Translations under genes and position numbers: made by a program | Virus record (IMG/VR): IMGVR_UViG_3300014627_000002 | Location: 13,618 to 77,617 of that record | Length of the DNA stretch: 64,000 bases | Direction: 5' to 3' (one strand) | Origin: a virus | Notes under the pieces: generated by a model | The model's database searches: none | What the model was told of the DNA's origin: nothing | Seen by the model: the letters and a program-made list of their open reading frames with translations, nothing else | In this document: positions 18,442 to 26,836 of the stretch, in pieces | Position numbering within the stretch: position 1 is the stretch's first letter | Layout of the letters: each line of letters begins with the position of its first letter

Positions 18442-19344
18442 TTATATCTTCAAGAACTCCGTAAATTCTTTATAAATTTGAGTAAGTTGAGCGTGTGTTA
18501 AGGTTTCAAATGAAAGATTACGATTCTTCAAAACATCACTCAAACGGTTATTATGCGGTCTCATAAATTCATCGACTTTATTTTTAAAGCTGAGTGAAGC
18601 TAAGCGATTTTCTGATTGTGGCGGCGGTGCATTATGCTGATTGTTCTGTACTTCATTTTCATAATGATCTTGACCATTATCATGAGTTGTTTCAGTTGGA
18701 ATAGAAAATGACTGCAGGTAAAGATACTTTTGAGCCATTGAAGCCGCTTTTGATGTAGCTTTATCGCCACTATCATTAGCTTCACCAGTAAACATGCATT
18801 CAATTCTGGACCCATCTTCAGCTGAGAAAAAAATGAATCGAATTGAAAGGCAGGTTTTAAAAATAATATCACCATACTTGTTCTGGTATTTACTCACTGT
18901 CATTTGCTCAGTATGTGGAATACAAACAAGTTTATGCTCAGCCATAAGTGGCGAAATTACGTTATAAAGATCATCAATACTGCGATAGCTAAAGTCATAT
19001 TTTTTATCATTGCTATTTGACTTTTTAGTACCGTTAGTAGAATTAGTACTCTTAGTAGGATTGGTACTACGGGATTTGCTTACTCCACCCATTTCAATAA
19101 TTTTTTGCTGTATTGCATTAAGTGCAGTTAACACAGCAAAACCCTTTTCAAAAAAGAACTTCGGCGCTTCTGCACTTACCAGTTTAACCATTTCCACAGC
19201 TTCATTTGCATTCAATGTAACTGGCTGAGTTTGATTGTTCTTAGCCTGACTATTTATGGCCGGTTGACTTGATGCCTGTTTTTTTGGAGCTGGAGCATAT
19301 TGCTGGTCGCTAAATGGATCTGGATATTGGTTATAAGCATTCAT
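18442..19344 (-). CDS. erf: ERF-family single-strand annealing recombinase
   Basis: The central block YRSIDDLYNVISPLMAEHKL...GEANDSGDKATSKAASMAQKYLYLQSF matches the ERF pattern. The N-terminus is low-complexity and Q/N/S-rich. Confidence 0.65.
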   Translation of the reverse strand: MNAYNQYPDPFSDQQYAPAPKKQASSQPAINSQAKNNQTQPVTLNANEAVEMVKLVSAEAPKFFFEKGFAVLTALNAIQQKIIEMGGVSKSRSTNPTKSTNSTNGTKKSNSNDKKYDFSYRSIDDLYNVISPLMAEHKLVCIPHTEQMTVSKYQNKYGDIIFKTCLSIRFIFFSAEDGSRIECMFTGEANDSGDKATSKAASMAQKYLYLQSFSIPTETTHDNGQDHYENEVQNNQHNAPPPQSENRLASLSFKNKVDEFMRPHNNRLSDVLKNRNLSFETLTHAQLTQIYKEFTEFLKI

Positions 19345-19358
19345 TATTTTTGATCTCC

Positions 19359-19727
19359 TTATTCAACATCACTTGGAAGTCTTTTTTCTAAAAAAGCTTG
19401 ATGCTGTTCAAGCACCATGTCTTGTGCATCGGCTTCAATATCAATGGCACGGCCAACAAGCATAAATAGAACAACAAAAGTCGCGATGCCTAATGGCACC
19501 AGTGCATAACGGCCAAGCCGTTCTAGTTGTTCTTTAGTAGGGATAACCTGACGGACTAAACACAATGAGTAAACCAAAGCATATAGCAGCACTATGGCTA
19601 AATAAGTTTGAATGTTTTGCGCCCAACGTTTTAAGGCATCACGGCTTGGAGCCGTTTGAATAAAAGCATTCACAAGATTTGCACGAATGGTATTAAGTCT
19701 TAATTTTTCGTTAGTTAAAGTTTTCAT
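19359..19727 (-). CDS. membrane protein, function unknown (first gene of the leftward operon)
   Basis: 122 aa with two hydrophobic helices. A GCATAA palindrome lies 33 nt upstream. Confidence 0.55.
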   Translation of the reverse strand: MKTLTNEKLRLNTIRANLVNAFIQTAPSRDALKRWAQNIQTYLAIVLLYALVYSLCLVRQVIPTKEQLERLGRYALVPLGIATFVVLFMLVGRAIDIEADAQDMVLEQHQAFLEKRLPSDVE

Positions 19728-19759
19728 AACAACCGCCTATATTTTGTCTTGTAACAACA

Positions 19760-19777
19760 TTATGCGCAAACGCATAA
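19760..19777. promoter_or_regulatory. GCATAA/TTATGC palindrome (operator candidate for the leftward erf-par operon)
   Basis: TTATGCG-CAAA-CGCATAA has perfect 7-bp arms. Extra half-sites TATGCAATAGCGCATAAAAT follow. Confidence 0.55.
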
Positions 19778-19837
19778 AAATATGCAATAGCGCATAAAAT
19801 ATTTTATATAAGCTGGTTTATAAGAATAATTCGCATT

Positions 19838-19869
19838 AAAAAAGGACGGTTAAAAAACCGTCCTTTTTT
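19838..19869. terminator. bidirectional rho-independent terminator
   Basis: AAAAAAGGACGGT-TAAAAA-ACCGTCCTTTTTT, downstream of the leftward repressor gene. Confidence 0.8.
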
Positions 19870-19892
19870 GTAAATTTATGTACTTTGCTTTA

Positions 19893-20678
19893 TCAATACT
19901 TATTCGTAACGAATAGAACACGCCCTAAAATCTGGAAAGTTGGGTCATTTTCAGTATTGACAGTGTATTCAGGAAAATTTTCCTGTTTGGCTCTTACTCG
20001 AATGCTGCCATCAGGTTCAAGAAATAAAGTACGCACATATTTATTTTTACCATGCTTAATTACAAAGTAATCACCATTGGTACTCGGTGTAACTTCTTCC
20101 TCCTTCAAGTTAAAAGTGACAGCTGCGCCGGGTGTAATTTCGGGTGCATTTGCACGATCTTCAGAATAGACAAATCGTAGATCGTTATGTGAAATATTAT
20201 CGCTTACTAGCTGAGCCGCTATCATAATTGTTGAATCTCTACCCGCGTTTTTATCTTTGAGTGCATTAGGATTATTCGCATCCTCATACATGCGCACAAG
20301 AATAAAATTTTCGTCAGATATGCGCAAGGTATTATCTTGAACTTTTACAATAATGTCTTGCTGTTCAAGTCCTGCAAGCCACTCACTATTTAATCCGAGG
20401 GCTTTTGCGATATTGGGAATGAAGCGGGATTTCTTGGTTTTCCCCATAATGATACGGCTAATTGTGGCTTGTTCTACATCGGCTAATTTTGCTAATTCAT
20501 CCTGCGTAAGCCCCGATTCATCAAGGGCAAGTTCTAATCTGACTGAGGACAATGGACGATCCGTATTGAGTTGCCCAAACCCCTTTTTAACATAGTCAAT
20601 AGTCTTGTCATCTTTAATATTTATTCGAGATGACAGAGAAGCCTCATCAACCGGATTCGGCTGTACGTTAATATCCAT
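19893..20678 (-). CDS. CI-like repressor (XRE helix-turn-helix plus a LexA/S24-like C-terminal domain that appears to lack the Ser/Lys dyad)
   Basis: HTH is LTQDELAKLADVEQATISRIIMGK. The C-terminal beta-rich domain, ..PGAAVTFN..GDYFVIKHGKNKYVRTLFLEPDGSIRVRA..ILGRVLF, resembles the S24 fold. It is divergent from a Cro-like gene. Confidence 0.75.
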   Translation of the reverse strand: MDINVQPNPVDEASLSSRINIKDDKTIDYVKKGFGQLNTDRPLSSVRLELALDESGLTQDELAKLADVEQATISRIIMGKTKKSRFIPNIAKALGLNSEWLAGLEQQDIIVKVQDNTLRISDENFILVRMYEDANNPNALKDKNAGRDSTIMIAAQLVSDNISHNDLRFVYSEDRANAPEITPGAAVTFNLKEEEVTPSTNGDYFVIKHGKNKYVRTLFLEPDGSIRVRAKQENFPEYTVNTENDPTFQILGRVLFVTNKY

Positions 20679-20743
20679 TCTTATTTAAACCTCAAAAACC
20701 CATACGCAAAAGATTAAAAGCCATGTCATTTCAGGCTTTCTTT

Positions 20744-20856
20744 CATAATTATGCAATAAAAAAATGAAAGTTCAATTAAGCCAAGAACTACGTCAAGCAT
20801 CAAAGTGCTTGCTAAAATATTCGCTTGCGCATAATATTTATGCTAATGAGCATAAT
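20744..20856. promoter_or_regulatory. cI/cro intergenic switch region with palindromic operators
   Basis: It contains CATAATTATG (20744-20753), CAAGCA-TCAAAG-TGCTTG (20794-20811), GCATAA-TAT-TTATGC (20829-20843) and GCATAAT (20850-20856). Confidence 0.6.
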
Positions 20857-20870
20857 TTAATGATAAGTTA

Positions 20871-21197
20871 ATGTTTTTAGATAGAGGAAATATGCGAAAG
20901 CGAATTTATGAAATTATTCCGGACATTGGAAAGGCAAAAGTTGATGCCTTCTGTGCCGCTTATAATATTTACTTTAGAAATCAAAAAGATGCAGGCGATA
21001 TTTTAAAAGTTGGTCAAGCCACTATTAGCCGGTACTTAGAGGGATCTATTTTGGTACCGATGGAGGTCGCCGTGCGATTTGAAAAACACACGAATGGCTT
21101 GGTCAGTACAGACTCAATTTTCTTTGATTACAAAGAATACAAATATGATTTAAAGCAAAAGGAGAGAGAAATACAAAACCACAAGAAAAGCGCTTAA
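20871..21197 (+). CDS. Cro/YdaS-like helix-turn-helix regulator
   Basis: LKVGQATISRYLEGSILVPMEVAVRFEKHTNG resembles Cro/YdaS-type HTH proteins. It is divergent from the repressor. Confidence 0.6.
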   Translation: MFLDRGNMRKRIYEIIPDIGKAKVDAFCAAYNIYFRNQKDAGDILKVGQATISRYLEGSILVPMEVAVRFEKHTNGLVSTDSIFFDYKEYKYDLKQKEREIQNHKKSA

Positions 21198-21263
21198 CAA
21201 GATTACCTGTTAAGTACAGGTTGCAACACAAGAAACAAGACAGTTACACAGCGGAAATACAAC

Positions 21264-22301
21264 ATGACAAGTTTAGCGATAGGCGACATTTTAGGTATGT
21301 CGTCAGAACCTTATGCAGCCGATAGTAGACCTAAAAATATTACAAGGGCACTGCATAACCGGGAAAACCCCTATACCTTGCTTTCAAATAAGTTATTGCG
21401 TGATACATCGATCCGTCATTCGGACCGTGGACTGATGGCGCAATTACTATCTTGGTCCGATTATCACAATGTTTGCATTCAAGCCTTGGTCAAAAAAAGT
21501 GTAGAAGGCCGTGATGCTATTCGCGGAATGATAGATCGGCTAATCACTGCAGGTTACATACGCATGCAACAAACAAAAAGTGAAGATGGCCGCTTTGACA
21601 AAGTGGTGTATCAGCTTTTTGAAGAATCTACTGGTGCGATAGTGGCTAACCTGGATTTAACTGGAATAGAAGAAAATCAGGATGATCCAGCGGCGGCACA
21701 ATTAGATTTATTTGAATGCGAGTTAGTAATGATGGAAAACCAGGATAAAACCGGTAATGTGAACCAGTCCGCAAACGGAAAAGCCGTAAACGGAAAACAC
21801 GACACTAATAATAACTATGATTCAAGAAATACTAATTTTAATAGTAATAAGCATGAATCTGGATTTGTTGAAAAGAAAAGTGAAAAGGAAACCAAAGAGA
21901 GTCTATTAAACAAATGGCCGTTAGATATTAAAAATTCACAGGTAGTGGCCCGTTTAGGTATGGCAGGTTTGAACTCTTTTGTTCCTGATCAAGAAACATT
22001 GAATCGTTACTTGATTGACTTCAATCAACAGCATGAAAAATATAAAGCTTTAAGTGATTCACAACGTCTGAATAACTTCACTTCATATTTGGTTCGTATT
22101 AAGCACACGCCAGTTGAATACACAAAACATTTAGCTCGGCTTCGTGCTCTTGGCTTTGATGTTCAAATGCCTGTCCGCAAGACTGAAAGAAAAGCATCGC
22201 AAAGAGTCCAGACTAATCAGGCCAATGTAAATCCATTTCCGGTGAGTTCTAACCAGGCGATTGTTCCCCCAGCTGCACATATCTCTTTTGAGGGATTTTA
22301 A
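21264..22301 (+). CDS. phage replication initiator/organiser-like protein (winged helix)
   Basis: The N-terminal region NPYTLLSNKLLRD..LMAQLLSW...GRDAIRGMIDRLITAGYIR resembles replication protein winged-helix domains. It lies directly upstream of a DnaC-like loader. Confidence 0.5.
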   Translation: MTSLAIGDILGMSSEPYAADSRPKNITRALHNRENPYTLLSNKLLRDTSIRHSDRGLMAQLLSWSDYHNVCIQALVKKSVEGRDAIRGMIDRLITAGYIRMQQTKSEDGRFDKVVYQLFEESTGAIVANLDLTGIEENQDDPAAAQLDLFECELVMMENQDKTGNVNQSANGKAVNGKHDTNNNYDSRNTNFNSNKHESGFVEKKSEKETKESLLNKWPLDIKNSQVVARLGMAGLNSFVPDQETLNRYLIDFNQQHEKYKALSDSQRLNNFTSYLVRIKHTPVEYTKHLARLRALGFDVQMPVRKTERKASQRVQTNQANVNPFPVSSNQAIVPPAAHISFEGF

Positions 22302-22302
22302 G

Positions 22303-23277
22303 ATGGGAGTATCACTTATGAAAACATTGGAATTGAAATGTGAGCTTCACGGTGAATACCAAAAATATATCACTGATGCAGATAAAGCTTGTCCGCATTG
22401 TAGAAGTGAAATGGCTCAAAAACAGCAAGATCAATATATTGAGAATACCAAGCCGTTAAATGGCCTTTTTCTTGATCTCACGATTGCTTGTGATGTGCAT
22501 GGTCCACAGATCGTACAGGTGCCAAAGTTTCTTGCTGACAAGCTAAGCCATTGTCCTAAATGCGTTCAAGCCAAACGTGAGCAGAAGCTTCAGAAGAAAA
22601 TTGAAAAACGAGCAAGTGAAATCATCGAGCAGGCGGGAATACCGTTAAACAGTATTGGCCATACTTTTTCCCAAGCTGACCGTAGCAAAAGTATTAAACA
22701 AACAGCAATTATTGAACGCCTGATTACCTATATTCAGGATATTACTGCCAGAGGTGATAGTACTGGTGCCAAGAATATTATGCTGAGTGGCAACATGGGT
22801 ACCGGAAAGACTTATTTTGCTTCAATACTTCTGCAAAATATTATTGTTCGGGCATGTGAAAAAGCATTGAGTGATGAATCGAATATCAGATTTAAAGGCG
22901 GCTTGGCTATTCAATTTATTAGTGAACAAGCATTGCAATCGGCCATTACTGCAACTTGGTCAGACAAGTCTGAAACAACCAAACAACTTTATGAGCGCCT
23001 TTCAAGTAAAGCCATTCTATGTATTGACGATGTAGGTACCGTTAGCAGTACTCAGACGCACTTGCTTGATGCATACGCTGCAATTCTTGATGAACGTTAC
23101 AAACGTAACCTGCCGACCATTATCACCTCAAATATGACTCATGAGGGCCTAAAGCTGGCTATTGGGGCCCGAGCAGCTGACCGCTTTTTAGAAAAGAACA
23201 GGGTAATCGTTGCTAACTTTGATTGGCACGGGTACCGGACGGCGCAAGAAGGCACAAACGAAATCGAATTTTTTTAA
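22303..23277 (+). CDS. DnaC/IstB-like AAA+ helicase loader with an N-terminal double zinc ribbon
   Basis: Walker A is SGNMGTGKTY and Walker B is LCIDDVG. N-terminal pairs are CELH..CPHC and CDVH..CPKC. The start ATG 22303 sits behind GAGGGA, right after the upstream stop. Confidence 0.8.
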   Translation: MGVSLMKTLELKCELHGEYQKYITDADKACPHCRSEMAQKQQDQYIENTKPLNGLFLDLTIACDVHGPQIVQVPKFLADKLSHCPKCVQAKREQKLQKKIEKRASEIIEQAGIPLNSIGHTFSQADRSKSIKQTAIIERLITYIQDITARGDSTGAKNIMLSGNMGTGKTYFASILLQNIIVRACEKALSDESNIRFKGGLAIQFISEQALQSAITATWSDKSETTKQLYERLSSKAILCIDDVGTVSSTQTHLLDAYAAILDERYKRNLPTIITSNMTHEGLKLAIGARAADRFLEKNRVIVANFDWHGYRTAQEGTNEIEFF

Positions 23278-23291
23278 ATAAGGGCTAAATC

Positions 23292-24212
23292 ATGAGTAAT
23301 TCTTTAAGAAATGAAAAGATTCAAAAGTGGACATTAGCCCGTAAAGGCCGCATGTCGTTACTTGCTTCACTTTTAGAAATGGACAAGCAACTGCTATATC
23401 GCATGGTTACAGACTTTCGCCTATCAACTCATTTGATTAATGAGATTGAAAAAAAGCAAAAGGAAGTAGAAGGTCTGGAAGTTGAATGTATTCGCGAGTT
23501 TGACTATCTCAAGCGTTTTGCTGCTAAAGGACATGGCAGGATTGCAAAGCTGGCGCAAAAGATGGGTGAACCGACTCATAGAATGTATGGACTGGTTAAA
23601 GCAACGGGTGATTCACGTTATCTGCTAATCCAGTACGGTACACAGCAGGTTATGAAAGCTGTCACTGAAATCGAACGTGAGTTTAAAGGCCGTTATAACA
23701 AAGGTCAGATAAATATAAAGGATTTTCTAACTAAAGAGGTACGCGGTAAAAACTACACATTAAAGGAAATTGAGTGTCTAGCTGGAAAATTTAAAGAACA
23801 CGCCGACTTTGCCAATCATGATGCAGCGGTTATTTGTCAGAAAATAGGTGAAGACAAATACAAGGTCCTATCAATGGGCTTTGATACTCAGCTGCCGGAA
23901 CTATGTCAATCACATATATGCGAAAAGGAAAATCCGCATATTCATGCATTAACAATGGCTGTATTAAACCTGCATCGGGAGCCAGTTAAAGAAACAGGGG
24001 AGCTTATAGCATTTGGCCATAGTGCGCCGTGTCCGTCTTGTGCCAAGCGTCTTAATAAAAGGGGCATTGCTCAAGTCTATTGCTATTTTGAACCTGAATT
24101 ACTTGATGGGCTTGTTCTTTTGGCTAAAAACCGAGTCCCCGTTATCAAAATAAACCTAGTAAATTCAACATTTAAACAGATTAACAAGGAACTGTTACAT
24201 GATGCTGCTTAG
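23292..24212 (+). CDS. hypothetical protein with a C-terminal deaminase-like zinc motif (Glu replaced)
   Basis: H-A-L is followed, 26 residues later, by PCPSC..RGIAQVYCY. This mimics the HAE..PCxxC cytidine/deoxycytidylate deaminase signature without the catalytic Glu. Confidence 0.6.
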   Translation: MSNSLRNEKIQKWTLARKGRMSLLASLLEMDKQLLYRMVTDFRLSTHLINEIEKKQKEVEGLEVECIREFDYLKRFAAKGHGRIAKLAQKMGEPTHRMYGLVKATGDSRYLLIQYGTQQVMKAVTEIEREFKGRYNKGQINIKDFLTKEVRGKNYTLKEIECLAGKFKEHADFANHDAAVICQKIGEDKYKVLSMGFDTQLPELCQSHICEKENPHIHALTMAVLNLHREPVKETGELIAFGHSAPCPSCAKRLNKRGIAQVYCYFEPELLDGLVLLAKNRVPVIKINLVNSTFKQINKELLHDAA

Positions 24213-24221
24213 GAGAAAGCA

Positions 24222-24527
24222 ATGTTTGATTGTTATTTACGCGGGATTTACAAGGATGCCCTTCACCGGCAACTTGTCGCACTTTGTGAAGGCATAGAGT
24301 CAGCTGAAACAATTGTATTTAACAGTGAGAAAAATTCACGTTATTACGATTTAGAAAATGGCCGTTATGTGTATGCAGTGGATGGTGTGGACCAATATGG
24401 AGTAACTGTAGTGAGTTACATCAAGAAAGGTTTAGTAAGAAAAGAGGAAAGAATTTTCCCTAACTTGATTGATCTTCACTCATTAAAGGCAGCGATTAGC
24501 TCATTTAGATTGGCTAAGCGTAAATAA
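24222..24527 (+). CDS. hypothetical protein
   Basis: 101-aa ORF with GGAGAAAG SD. Confidence 0.6.
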   Translation: MFDCYLRGIYKDALHRQLVALCEGIESAETIVFNSEKNSRYYDLENGRYVYAVDGVDQYGVTVVSYIKKGLVRKEERIFPNLIDLHSLKAAISSFRLAKRK

Positions 24528-24554
24528 CCTCTAACGGTTTTTTTATGTCCGTAT

Positions 24555-24592
24555 GTTATGCGAATTAGTATAATTTTAACAATTCGCATAAC
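24555..24592 (+). promoter_or_regulatory. early-type promoter with flanking operator arms
   Basis: GTTATGCGAATT-AGTATAATTTTAAC-AATTCGCATAAC has perfect 12-bp inverted arms around a consensus TATAAT (24569-24574). Confidence 0.65.
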
Positions 24593-24669
24593 AATGGGGA
24601 TAAAATTAAAGATATACACAAATTATTTACATAATTTTGCATAAAAACAGTTTTATTAGGGGCTTTTAA

Positions 24670-25458
24670 GTGGAACTGGAAAAGGAAAATTTTACTTTAA
24701 TGCATGGTGATTGTCTGGAATTGCTCAAGACCTTGCCAAGTGAAAGTATTGATATGATCTTGTGTGATTTGCCGTATGGAACGACCTGTTGCAGCTGGGA
24801 CGTTATTATACCGCTAGAGCCATTATGGGCCGAATATGAGCGTGTAATTAAACCGAATGGGGCAATTGTACTTTTTGCTGCCCAGCCCTTTACCTCTATA
24901 TTAGCCTGTTCAAATTTAAAATTATTTCGCTATGAGTGGATTTACGAAAAGCCAGCAGCTACAGGCTTTATGAATGCTAAAAAGCAGCCAATGCGTGCTC
25001 ATGAAAATATCCTGGTATTTTATAAACGTCAGCCTACCTATAACCCTATTAAAACGCATGGCCACAAACGCCAGACAGCGAAACGTAGGGATATTGGTTC
25101 AGAACATTATGGAAAGCAGCTAAAGATCCAGGCATACGACTCAACTGAACGCTATCCGAGATCGGTCCAGATATTTAGTTCTGATAAGCAAAAACAGGCA
25201 TTTCACCCTACCCAAAAACCCGTCGCTATCTGTGAATACCTTATTCGCACCTATACAAATCCAGGTGAAACAGTACTTGATAATACGATGGGCAGCGGTA
25301 CCACTGGTGTAGCGTGTGTAAACACTGGACGTAAGTTCATTGGTATGGAGCAAAAGCAGGAATATTTTGATATAGCCCATGAACGCTTAACAGCTGCAAT
25401 TGTTGAGCGAGATATAGTTCAGCAGCCGGATCTGTTTGGAGAATCAGCAGTCGCATGA
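24670..25458 (+). CDS. DNA methyltransferase (N6A/N4C, beta class)
   Basis: ILCDLPYGT (DPPY-type motif IV) precedes TQKP and LDNTMGSGTTGVAC (motif I). GTG start. Confidence 0.85.
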   Translation: MELEKENFTLMHGDCLELLKTLPSESIDMILCDLPYGTTCCSWDVIIPLEPLWAEYERVIKPNGAIVLFAAQPFTSILACSNLKLFRYEWIYEKPAATGFMNAKKQPMRAHENILVFYKRQPTYNPIKTHGHKRQTAKRRDIGSEHYGKQLKIQAYDSTERYPRSVQIFSSDKQKQAFHPTQKPVAICEYLIRTYTNPGETVLDNTMGSGTTGVACVNTGRKFIGMEQKQEYFDIAHERLTAAIVERDIVQQPDLFGESAVA

Positions 25459-25913
25459 ATATGTCCAATCATCAATTATTCGGTATGGCAGAAAGCCGTA
25501 CTGATATATGGGCTACACCGCAAGACTTCTTTGATAAGCTAAATAAGGTTTTCAGCTTTAATTTAGATGTATGTGCTTTACCAGAAAATGCTAAGTGTGC
25601 ACGCTTTTTTAGTCCGGCTGAAGATGGTTTAAAACAGGAATGGACTGGCATTTGCTGGATGAATCCGCCGTATGGACGTGAAATCATTGAATGGATTCAG
25701 AAGGCTGCACATACTGCCAAGCAAGGGCATACAGTCGTTGCACTGGTACCAGTTCGGACAGATGCAAGATGGTGGCAAGACTACTGTTTAAATCGAGAGA
25801 TACATTTTATCCGGGGCCGTTTAAAGTTTGGTGGTTCAACTTCTAATGCGCCGTTTGGGTGTGCAGTTGTAGTCTTTAGGCCCTGTTTAGATGATGTTGA
25901 TTGGACCAAATGA
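25455..25913 (+). CDS. phage Dam-type N6-adenine DNA methyltransferase
   Basis: DIWATPQDFFDKLNKVFSFNLDVCA...WMNPPYG...ALVPVRTDARWW...GRLKF is the typical phage N-6-adenine-methyltransferase family pattern. It has an ATGA overlap with the upstream MTase. Confidence 0.85.
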   Translation: MNMSNHQLFGMAESRTDIWATPQDFFDKLNKVFSFNLDVCALPENAKCARFFSPAEDGLKQEWTGICWMNPPYGREIIEWIQKAAHTAKQGHTVVALVPVRTDARWWQDYCLNREIHFIRGRLKFGGSTSNAPFGCAVVVFRPCLDDVDWTK

Positions 25914-25940
25914 AAAGCCCGCATTACGCGGGCTCTTTCT
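25913..25940. terminator. bidirectional rho-independent terminator
   Basis: AAAAGCCCGC-ATTAC-GCGGGCTCTTTCT between convergent genes. Confidence 0.75.
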
Positions 25941-26329
25941 TACTTATATGAACATACTACATACGCCAGTTGATCATATCTAGATCCTGGTTCGGTATCT
26001 AACCAGCCTGTAGATTGTTCCATTCTTTTGAGGACCTTATCTGTAGAGCTAAAAATAGTAAATTTATCCACTCTAAAGCGGTCATTTTCACAGTCAAAGC
26101 TATTCAGTGAAAGCATATACTGCCCTTTTTTCATTATTTCAGAATCTTGTTCAGCTTTTATCACAAACCAAGCTTGACGCTTGGTGTGCCTGCCGTCTAA
26201 GTATTTCATGTCTTTTAAATTGACAGAATAGTTACTTTCGCCGTCTGAGCCTATTTCCTCCCAGGCATACGCCTGTAATGAAACAAAGCAGAGAACCCCC
26301 ACAAAAATCTTAATTAAAGTTTTATTCAT
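25940..26329 (-). CDS. secreted/periplasmic protein, function unknown (moron-like)
   Basis: It has the signal peptide MNKTLIKIFVGVLCFVSLQAYA. It is an isolated leftward gene with its own upstream region. Confidence 0.6.
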   Translation of the reverse strand: MNKTLIKIFVGVLCFVSLQAYAWEEIGSDGESNYSVNLKDMKYLDGRHTKRQAWFVIKAEQDSEIMKKGQYMLSLNSFDCENDRFRVDKFTIFSSTDKVLKRMEQSTGWLDTEPGSRYDQLAYVVCSYK

Positions 26330-26399
26330 TCGTTTTAGCTATGTCGTTAAAAGCATGAATATGATACTTGGTTAAAAATTAATTAAAAAATTCTATTGC

Positions 26400-26411
26400 G
26401 CATAAATATGC
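26400..26411. promoter_or_regulatory. GCATAA-type palindrome
   Basis: GCATA-AA-TATGC, with an extra half-site CGCATAAG at 26429-26436. It lies in the divergent region between 26329 (-) and 26605 (+). Confidence 0.45.
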
Positions 26412-26548
26412 ATTTAAATATACTCTTTCGCATAAGTTTCTAGGAGTTTATGATAATTAGATTATTTGTAATTTTTTATATGTCCTAATACTTACAGTTC
26501 ACTATTTAATTAGATTAAACAAAACACCGGATATTCTAATTAACTCAA

Positions 26549-26590
26549 ATGTTTAAATGAACAAAAGAACATTTAAACAAATAAACAAAC
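26549..26590 (+). promoter_or_regulatory. 8-bp-phased GAAC-box array, site E
   Basis: ATGTTTAAATGAACAAAAGAACATTTAAACAAATAAACAAAC. Confidence 0.55.
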
Positions 26591-26604
26591 TTAATGAGAT
26601 AAGT

Positions 26605-26832
26605 ATGAATCAAGTAGCCGTTTTTTTTCATCATCAATCAAATTTGAATAACGCCCTTCAGGAAAACAATGGCGATGCATATCGCAAGATTATGATGCAG
26701 GCTGAAAAGCCAGTAATTGAACATACTTTGGTTATTTGTCGTGGCAACCAGACCAAAGCTGCTGAAATGCTGGGCTTAAACCGTGGCACGCTTCGTAAAA
26801 AAATGAAAGAACACGGCTTTATGAAGGCTTGA
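26605..26832 (+). CDS. Fis-family DNA-binding protein
   Basis: The C-terminus GNQTKAAEMLGLNRGTLRKKMKEHGF is nearly the Fis HTH consensus. The start is placed at the in-frame ATG 26605 because the listed ATG 26557 lies inside the repeat array and has no SD. Confidence 0.75.
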   Translation: MNQVAVFFHHQSNLNNALQENNGDAYRKIMMQAEKPVIEHTLVICRGNQTKAAEMLGLNRGTLRKKMKEHGFMKA

Positions 26833-26836
26833 ACTT

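Noticed and set aside
26557-26604. The listed start codon of the Fis-like gene at 26557.
   Set aside because: This ATG is part of the conserved TGTTTAAATG leader of GAAC-box array E and has no SD. The in-frame ATG at 26605 is preferred, although the longer form cannot be excluded.
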